Virus record (IMG/VR): IMGVR_UViG_3300007512_001664
Location: 128,001 to 192,000 of that record
Length of the DNA stretch: 64,000 nucleotides
Direction: 5' to 3' (one strand)
Source of the DNA: a virus
Lineage: Duplodnaviria > Caudoviricetes
Shown here: positions 57,942 through 64,000 of the stretch, in pieces
How the letters are laid out: every line of letters starts with the position of its first letter
Position numbering within the stretch: position 1 is the first letter of the stretch
Program-made: the position numbers and the translations under genes
Notes under the pieces: generated by a model
Database searches by the model: none
Told to the model about the DNA's origin: nothing
Seen by the model: the letters and a program-made list of their open reading frames with translations, nothing else

Positions 57942-59340
57942 GATATTTTATAAGGATGAAGTAATAAATCCTAAAAAGGAAATTGTACCGATATACGATG
58001 ATAATTTAGATATACAGGTTGAAAAACGATATTATAGTAGTAAAAATCAATTAGGTGTAGCTGGTCCCGAGCAATACTTATTCGAAAAAAAGTGCTTAAC
58101 TTTATTGGAACAAAATTATGAAGATTTGTATAATGTAAATTTTTATCCTTTCCCTAGAATTATAAAAGATGATCCTACAGAGCCTAAACTATGGTTAAAT
58201 TTTTGTGGTAATACAATTAAAAACGTGTATCATTGTACATTGCTACAACAATCTCACAGTGAGTATAATAATGTATTAGATAATATTAACGATCAAATAA
58301 AAAATATTATTTATAATTTAAAAAAGAATAATATTTATCATTTAGACGTAAAACAATCAAATGTTTGCGTGAATAAGGCAGGATATATTTCTCTTATAGA
58401 CTTCGGTATTGGTTTTATTGATTCCGCTGAGTCAGTTGAATACGTTTATCTAAATCAAAAACGAAAACGAGATAGACAGCATTGGTTTGATACTAAATTA
58501 GTTAACGATTTTAATGTTATTGTTAGTCATCTTAAAAGACCAGTTATTACTGCCGTGATGCCATGTTATAACCGTCCAAATGGAGCTAAAAGACAAATTT
58601 TAAATATTTGTAAGCAAAATATTAATAGTTGGGAAGCTTTTATAGTAGGAGATTGTTGCGAACAGTTTGAAAAAGAAGTTATACCGAATGTTGAGGTTAA
58701 TAAAAACTTAAACAGAGCCAGAAGACGTGGTAATATAATACATTCAAGTAAGCAATGGGGAGAAAGTGTGCTCCCGGTACCTCATTTTTTTAACAGATCG
58801 AAAGGATCTGGGCCATATGGTTATAAAAAATATCCTATATTAGGAAGCCCCGGCAAGTGGGGCACCGGTATTATAAATTTTGCACGTAAATATGCTATAG
58901 GAGAATATTTTATATGGCTCAGTGATGATGATATTATAACTAAAAATCATTTTGAAAATTATCTTTCTTATATTAAAGATACTGATTACGATATGATTAT
59001 TCTCGATGATTATGCCGGTGAGTCGCGAACACGCCGAGGAGCTCGAAAAAGTAAAACGTATATTCGGTCTAAAGGTAAGAAAAAAAATGAGAATGATGGT
59101 ATTGTAAGAGGGAGTGTAGGTCATAGTAATGTGATTGTTAGGACTGATTTTTTAAGAACGATTCCAGAAACTTCTAGAGAGCGTCGCACTCATGATTTTG
59201 TTATGATATCTGATATAATAAATGCAGGAGGTAAATATAAAATCGTACATGACAATCAGTGTACATATTGGACCAAATACACTGATAGATTTGATAATTG
59301 GGATGGTCAACGCGAGGGGGTGTATCTCGGTAACCGGTAA
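57931..59340 (+). CDS. Protein-kinase-like domain fused to a GT2 domain
   Basis: EK.CL, FPRI, HLDVKQSN, LIDFG; then VMPCYNR, IVGD, YFIWLSDDD. Confidence 0.75.
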   Translation: MGCKIFYKDEVINPKKEIVPIYDDNLDIQVEKRYYSSKNQLGVAGPEQYLFEKKCLTLLEQNYEDLYNVNFYPFPRIIKDDPTEPKLWLNFCGNTIKNVYHCTLLQQSHSEYNNVLDNINDQIKNIIYNLKKNNIYHLDVKQSNVCVNKAGYISLIDFGIGFIDSAESVEYVYLNQKRKRDRQHWFDTKLVNDFNVIVSHLKRPVITAVMPCYNRPNGAKRQILNICKQNINSWEAFIVGDCCEQFEKEVIPNVEVNKNLNRARRRGNIIHSSKQWGESVLPVPHFFNRSKGSGPYGYKKYPILGSPGKWGTGIINFARKYAIGEYFIWLSDDDIITKNHFENYLSYIKDTDYDMIILDDYAGESRTRRGARKSKTYIRSKGKKKNENDGIVRGSVGHSNVIVRTDFLRTIPETSRERRTHDFVMISDIINAGGKYKIVHDNQCTYWTKYTDRFDNWDGQREGVYLGNR

Positions 59341-59342
59341 AA

Positions 59343-60131
59343 ATGTCTAAAGTTATATATACTATTTGTAGTTATGAAGATGAACATTCTGATATAGTAA
59401 ATGGCTGTATTAATAGCTCTCTTGTAACTATAAAAAGATATGCCGATTTTCATGGTGCTGATTTAAAAATTATAAAGGATATACCCGACGACATTACTAA
59501 CTTACTCAACGATATATCTATTGTTTATAATAAAAAAATAAAGCATGAATATAAAGCATGGAATACAAAATTTTTCTTAATACGTGAATTTTATAAAAGT
59601 AATTATGATAAGATGATTTATATTGATTGTGATCATTTTATTAAAAATTATAATATTGATGTATTTAAATATGACGAGTGTTTTAATATAAAAAGAAAAA
59701 TTCAGAAACCCGGTAGAATAGTTCATGATCCTATTAAATTATGTAGACAATTTTTAGATAAAGATATTAATACATATTTTAATGCTAGTTTTTTTTATTT
59801 AACAAAAAACTATAAATATAATTTAGCTGAGATATTTAATTTTAATGATATATATAATTTATGGAAATTAGATATTGGGTTTTTGAGAGAAGAGTGTAGT
59901 TTGGCACACTTAATGCATACGCATAATATACAAAAACATATAGATTTTGAATTAGCGGATAATTTATATATTTACAGTAAAAATAATAAGAAGAATATTG
60001 GATTATATACGGGTATACCTGGTAGAACTGGTGAAATGAAATATGATTTTTTAAAAAATGTAATACTTAGCGATTCATCGTTTGATTATTCCTTAGCGCT
60101 ACAGCAGTGGCGCGACACCCGAAAAAAGTAA
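59343..60131 (+). CDS. GT-A (DXD) glycosyltransferase-like protein
   Basis: YADFHG, WNTKF, MIYIDCD, FNASFF, EE..L. Confidence 0.65.
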   Translation: MSKVIYTICSYEDEHSDIVNGCINSSLVTIKRYADFHGADLKIIKDIPDDITNLLNDISIVYNKKIKHEYKAWNTKFFLIREFYKSNYDKMIYIDCDHFIKNYNIDVFKYDECFNIKRKIQKPGRIVHDPIKLCRQFLDKDINTYFNASFFYLTKNYKYNLAEIFNFNDIYNLWKLDIGFLREECSLAHLMHTHNIQKHIDFELADNLYIYSKNNKKNIGLYTGIPGRTGEMKYDFLKNVILSDSSFDYSLALQQWRDTRKK

Positions 60132-60133
60132 AT

Positions 60134-61036
60134 ATGTCAAAGTGTAATATTGCTATTTGTTTAAGCGGCGAGCCGCGATTGAGTAATTTATCGAGTGCTA
60201 GTATTAAAAGATTAAAAGCTTTTTGTTATAAGCAATATGGAGCAGATGTTAATATTGATGTATTTTATCATTTTTGGGATTCCGTAACAGAAAATATTTA
60301 TAAGCAATATAAATATGAATTTGACAGGGATAATGTTAAAATAAAATATGCAAATTCAAGTGATCTAAAAAATGAGTTTGAGCCTACTATAGGTGTATGT
60401 GAAAGTAAAGAAGAATTAAACGACCCAATAGATAAAAGTTTTAATTATATTCACAGTTTCCTGACTAAAGACTTTATCATCAAACCAACGTATTTTAAAG
60501 GATGGTGTTCCTATTTTAAAGATTTAAAGGTATTTAGGGATATAGTAAAATATACTAATATCCCTACTCTATCACAAGTAATAAGTTTATGTAAATGTCA
60601 ATTATTAAGACTTAAATACGAAAAAAACCATAATATAAAATATGATCTAATTATTAGAACTAGATCTGATATAGAAATAAAATTACCTGAATGTGATATT
60701 ATATCATATTGTAGACGTCCAAAAATGAGAATGTTAATACAATTTCCATTTGGTAATATAGATATTAAATATCATAATGATCCATTATTTTATTATACAA
60801 GATATGTGGATCTCCATTTCCAGTGTTGTTTTTTTCTTTCGACATCACACGTTTTAGTCGAGGGTATTTTTGATAATTATGTAGAAAAAATATACAAACA
60901 GATGTTTTCAATTGACAAACAAAGCGATCGTTTAGGTCTGTTGACCGATCATCAGGTAATACCTCAGTTTTTCGCAAGTCAAGGGTGTAAATTTAAAATA
61001 CCTTTAGACGGTATAGATTATCGTCTAATACATTAA
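60134..61036 (+). CDS. G(Q/E)PR-family paralog 5
   Basis: IAICLSGEPR, FYHFW, SQVIS, YDLIIRTRSD; likely start is ATG 60134. Confidence 0.7.
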   Translation: MSKCNIAICLSGEPRLSNLSSASIKRLKAFCYKQYGADVNIDVFYHFWDSVTENIYKQYKYEFDRDNVKIKYANSSDLKNEFEPTIGVCESKEELNDPIDKSFNYIHSFLTKDFIIKPTYFKGWCSYFKDLKVFRDIVKYTNIPTLSQVISLCKCQLLRLKYEKNHNIKYDLIIRTRSDIEIKLPECDIISYCRRPKMRMLIQFPFGNIDIKYHNDPLFYYTRYVDLHFQCCFFLSTSHVLVEGIFDNYVEKIYKQMFSIDKQSDRLGLLTDHQVIPQFFASQGCKFKIPLDGIDYRLIH

Positions 61037-61038
61037 TC

Positions 61039-61046
61039 TATAAATA
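61039..61046 (+). promoter_or_regulatory. Late promoter TATAAATA
   Basis: Perfect consensus 11 nt before ATG 61058. Confidence 0.6.
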
Positions 61047-61057
61047 ATTACATTGAT

Positions 61058-61963
61058 ATGGTGATATTAAACGACGGGTGCTCACATTCTGCAAAATCGG
61101 TAACTGATGAAGAAATCAATTACCATGGAAGCAGAACATCTTATTGTGATTTTTTACCGGGTCAAATATATAATATTGCTAAACCAGGGACTGGTATTGA
61201 TTCCTCTCGTGTTGAGAAATTTATAAAGAAGACCGAGCTTGATAGTTTAAATAACGAATTAACACATTTTATTTTTCAAATACCAAGCCCGTCAAGACAA
61301 ACCCTGTATTTAAACTTAACTGACGAAAAATTTTTTGAAGCTCCAATGAATTATTGGACTGATAAGGCAGGTCGAGACTTGAGAGGTTTTATGAAAAAGA
61401 AACGAGAAGTGCTACCAGAGGTCGATTTTGGTTGTTCCGTTGATCATAAAACCAAATCAGCATTACGTGTCGTCAGTGTTGTTGAACTTGAGCCAGATGA
61501 TTATAATAAACATTTTTTTAAATTTACGTATGATAATTTTTCATGGACTCATATTAAGGATAATTTTTGTATACCAGCTACTTTGTGGAGTACTTTAAGA
61601 GCACATACTGCTATATCAATTAATTCATTTATTATGGATATATTTAAATCGGAAGACAAATATTTTAAAAAAGCAATAAACGAAGTAGATAGAGCGGTTC
61701 GTTTAGTTAAAGAACAATGGCCAAATATAAAAATTATATTCTTACGCTATGAAGAAAGTGGCATGCCGTTAATTTATGAGTTTTGTAAACCGTTTTATAA
61801 AAAAGACTTATCAGATTATTGTAATAAAAATGATATAACATACATAAATGAAAAAAACTTTAATACAGAATGGTTCCGTTTAAATAATCTTACGAACGAT
61901 ACTCGACATCCTAATGATGAAGGAGCAAAATTAATAGCAGAAAAAATTAAACAGTTTTTATGA
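61058..61963 (+). CDS. SGNH-hydrolase-like protein
   Basis: DGCSHS, NIAKPGTG, DTRHPNDEG...IA. Confidence 0.65.
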   Translation: MVILNDGCSHSAKSVTDEEINYHGSRTSYCDFLPGQIYNIAKPGTGIDSSRVEKFIKKTELDSLNNELTHFIFQIPSPSRQTLYLNLTDEKFFEAPMNYWTDKAGRDLRGFMKKKREVLPEVDFGCSVDHKTKSALRVVSVVELEPDDYNKHFFKFTYDNFSWTHIKDNFCIPATLWSTLRAHTAISINSFIMDIFKSEDKYFKKAINEVDRAVRLVKEQWPNIKIIFLRYEESGMPLIYEFCKPFYKKDLSDYCNKNDITYINEKNFNTEWFRLNNLTNDTRHPNDEGAKLIAEKIKQFL

Positions 61964-62073
61964 AAAAAATATTATTAAAAATACGATTAAAGATTGCGTC
62001 TTTAAAACAATGGTATTTGCAGAAATATCATAAAAAGAGATATGATTCTGGTAATAATTATCCTTTTATGTAG
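61960..62073 (+). CDS. Possible 37-aa basic peptide
   Basis: ATGA-coupled to the SGNH gene: MKKILLKIRLKIASLKQWYLQKYHKKRYDSGNNYPFM*. Confidence 0.3.
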   Translation: MKKILLKIRLKIASLKQWYLQKYHKKRYDSGNNYPFM

Positions 62074-62081
62074 CCTGGTGA

Positions 62082-62909
62082 ATGAATTATATTTTTACCC
62101 AACATATAACACCCAGTACAGGAAAACATCATCCCGGTATTAATATACTTTTAGACTCTATACAGTCATTAAATGATGATACAATAAGAGTAATTTTATT
62201 TTACCATGGGTATGATGATGATCTATTTCACAAATATAAAGACTTCCTTACAATTGTAGACATTAATAATAGAGGTAACTGGATTCCAGTTATGTACTCA
62301 CCAGTTCAACGATGGTATTTATATAGAAACTATATTGAACAAAATATACATAGATTTAATAACAATGATAAATTCTTTCATTGTAATAGTAAAGATACAA
62401 TTTTCCAAAAAAATATTTTTAATGAAATAGAAAACAAAAACAAAACAGTGTTCTTCACAGAGCAAGACGAATTTACCATATCACATAATAATATCATATG
62501 TGGAGGTGCTATATATTTTGATACATTAGCAAACTTCCTCCAGTTTTTATCCGCATATACATCATATCAACTCATATGTATGAATAATAACAGTAAATTT
62601 AAAAGATGTGTTTATAATAGAATGGGAAAAGTAAATGATCAAGGTGTAATTAATAGTCTTGTCTATAATGAACCACGTCCTCAATATAAAATTCTTAAGA
62701 ATAATTATTTGAGGTTAGTATGTGCAATGTCGTCAATGACGCAATGTAATGAACAACCTGATATTAAAATAAAAAATAATATAATTTATATTAATAGTGT
62801 TATTCCATGTGTTATACATCAATATGATAAATTTGTAAAAATTACTGACTTTTTTAAAAAAATTAACCTTATGTATAGGCTCTATATGGTGCCACTTTCA
62901 TCTTATTAA
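62082..62909 (+). CDS. Hypothetical protein, GT-A-like
   Basis: R..LY..Y, KDTIFQ, ICGGAI, NDQGVIN, IHQYD. Confidence 0.6.
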   Translation: MNYIFTQHITPSTGKHHPGINILLDSIQSLNDDTIRVILFYHGYDDDLFHKYKDFLTIVDINNRGNWIPVMYSPVQRWYLYRNYIEQNIHRFNNNDKFFHCNSKDTIFQKNIFNEIENKNKTVFFTEQDEFTISHNNIICGGAIYFDTLANFLQFLSAYTSYQLICMNNNSKFKRCVYNRMGKVNDQGVINSLVYNEPRPQYKILKNNYLRLVCAMSSMTQCNEQPDIKIKNNIIYINSVIPCVIHQYDKFVKITDFFKKINLMYRLYMVPLSSY

Positions 62910-63998
62910 TTTTTTATATTGTTCCTCTACCGATATATCAGAATCCGCTAATACTCTAACATGAGGTCGGTTTAAAATAAATTCTTTAGTATGTTCATTA
63001 GCAATTTTTATAAATCGGTTAGGAATAATCATTTTATTATAATGCTCAAAACCTAATTCTGAAGCACATATACCATTTAAACCTAAAACTTCTCCGCATA
63101 CGAGCTCCCCAGCAGCCCAGTTATTATCTATACCATTTTCTATTAGAAATTGTTTAGATTTTTTAATTAAATGTATAATAGTGTTAACATATTGTTTCAT
63201 ACTTAATAACATTTCTGAACCAGATCCTACCATAAACCAGTCTTTCATGTGTAAGTATTGTGTTTCAGGGTTATATGTATGAGATTTTGTATTTTTACTA
63301 TTCGATGTATGTAGCTTCTTCGTTATGCTCGATTTATGTGGCCTTGCTGTCATTTTGTTATTCGCATACTTAAATCTACTACAAAAAATTCTTTCCTTAG
63401 GTCCGTAGTTTGGTAACCCAGATTTATTTTTTACACCTACATCGTCTGAATGACATGATCCTTCCCAGATTTGCAAATCCCCGGTTCTACAGAAAATACC
63501 TTTATCTAAATTTTCTATTCTATTATAAAATAATTGTTTATCATTTAAGTAATCTGTTTTATTTTTATATAAGTCAGGAGTAACAAATAATACATCCGTT
63601 CTTAATCTAAAAATATAATCATATTCCTCTCCTTCTTCTTCTACCAACTTCGCTCCCTCTTGTAATGATACAAACTGACCAAGAAAATATGTTAAATTTT
63701 TCGGTTGTGTGACTTCAAAAATAGTCTTCCTTAAACGACTGGCGTGTCTCTGTATATTATCATTGTTAAGTTTTTGAACATTGTTTATAATATCTTCTAT
63801 AGTATCTGTTGGTAGTAATTCTTTTTCTGGTGTACCGTGTTTTTCATCTAAAAATTTGTTTAATTCTTTTTTTTGTTTTTTTACTATACGGTATACATCA
63901 TCGCATGTTTCTTCTAATACAGAATAATCAGTAAAAGAATATTTTTTGGGTTTATAAGTGTCTACTATATTTGCTTTGTCTGTATCGGTTAATTTATA
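62898..63998 (-). CDS. G(Q/E)PR-family paralog 6, 5'-truncated by the window edge
   Basis: The frame is open from the window end (..TYFLGQFVSLQEG..EYDYIFRLRTDV..KDWFMVG), so the listed start at 63647 is internal. Confidence 0.7.
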   Translation of the reverse strand, partial: YKLTDTDKANIVDTYKPKKYSFTDYSVLEETCDDVYRIVKKQKKELNKFLDEKHGTPEKELLPTDTIEDIINNVQKLNNDNIQRHASRLRKTIFEVTQPKNLTYFLGQFVSLQEGAKLVEEEGEEYDYIFRLRTDVLFVTPDLYKNKTDYLNDKQLFYNRIENLDKGIFCRTGDLQIWEGSCHSDDVGVKNKSGLPNYGPKERIFCSRFKYANNKMTARPHKSSITKKLHTSNSKNTKSHTYNPETQYLHMKDWFMVGSGSEMLLSMKQYVNTIIHLIKKSKQFLIENGIDNNWAAGELVCGEVLGLNGICASELGFEHYNKMIIPNRFIKIANEHTKEFILNRPHVRVLADSDISVEEQYKKLIR

Positions 63999-64000
63999 CT

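Noticed and set aside
1464-60977. Many short or antisense ORFs in the track (e.g. 1464-1796, 4775-5215, 5420-5743, 26109-26519, 27010-27582, 35940-36278, 36457-36822, 37152-37535)
   Set aside because: They lie opposite or inside well-supported genes, have shadow-type composition (Ser/Phe/Leu-rich), and show no motifs or promoters
2211-62909. Convergent gene pairs that abut or overlap without terminators (2211/2214, 6876/6907, 8685/8686, 34501/34502, 37991/38008, 62898/62909)
   Set aside because: Explained by genome compaction in an AT-rich phage; no specific antisense-regulation signal is evident
1-64000. Stop-codon reassignment (alternative genetic code)
   Set aside because: Core genes are full length in code 11 and end in TAA, TAG and TGA; only one in-frame stop was found
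1-64000. tRNA genes, CRISPR arrays, group I introns, inteins, homing endonucleases, IS elements
   Set aside because: Intergenic gaps are nearly all under 70 bp; terminase, gp41, gp43, UvsX and UvsW have normal lengths; no repeat-spacer or cloverleaf pattern was seen
1-64000. Interpreting the window as a giant eukaryotic virus or a bacterial chromosome because of the glycan genes
   Set aside because: gp17, gp14, gp32, gp41, gp43, gp46/47, gp55, UvsX/W/Y and T4-type late promoters identify a T4-like bacteriophage, and one late promoter lies inside the island

Overview
This is a gene-dense, AT-rich segment of a large T4-like (gp17/gp32/gp41/gp43/gp46/gp47/gp55/UvsX/W/Y) myovirus-type bacteriophage genome. 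I found no tRNA, rRNA, CRISPR array, intron or intein. 0-8.7 kb holds rmlA (5'-truncated), a Tat-signal DUF1552 protein (a family typical of Planctomycetota/Verrucomicrobiota), terminase, gp3- and gp14-like proteins and small late genes. 8.7-32 kb (minus strand) is the T4-like replication/recombination module, interrupted by three inserts: rmlB plus a plant/giant-virus-type 3,5-epimerase/4-reductase; a coupled queC-guaC-GATase-glycosyltransferase cassette between uvsX and gp41; and a glycosyltransferase between gp46 and gp43. 32-39 kb holds a resolvase, a HxGH nucleotidyltransferase fusion, folE/queD/queE, a P-loop kinase and phoH. 38.8-64 kb is a roughly 25-kb glycan-biosynthesis island with many glycosyltransferases, five methyltransferase domains, two NeuA/KdsB-type cytidylyltransferases, an HpcH aldolase, a dehydrogenase-GT29 (sialyltransferase-like) fusion, a kinase-GT2 fusion and six paralogs of an uncharacterised G(Q/E)PR...YDxxxRxRxD family. 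The best candidates for new biology are (i) a soluble, aldolase-based CMP-ulosonic-acid glycosylation system and (ii) a 7-deazaguanine DNA modification pathway coupled to an amidotransferase, GMP reductase and a glycosyltransferase. Promoter positions suggest mostly leaderless mRNAs. All family assignments come from motifs recognised by eye; no database search was run.
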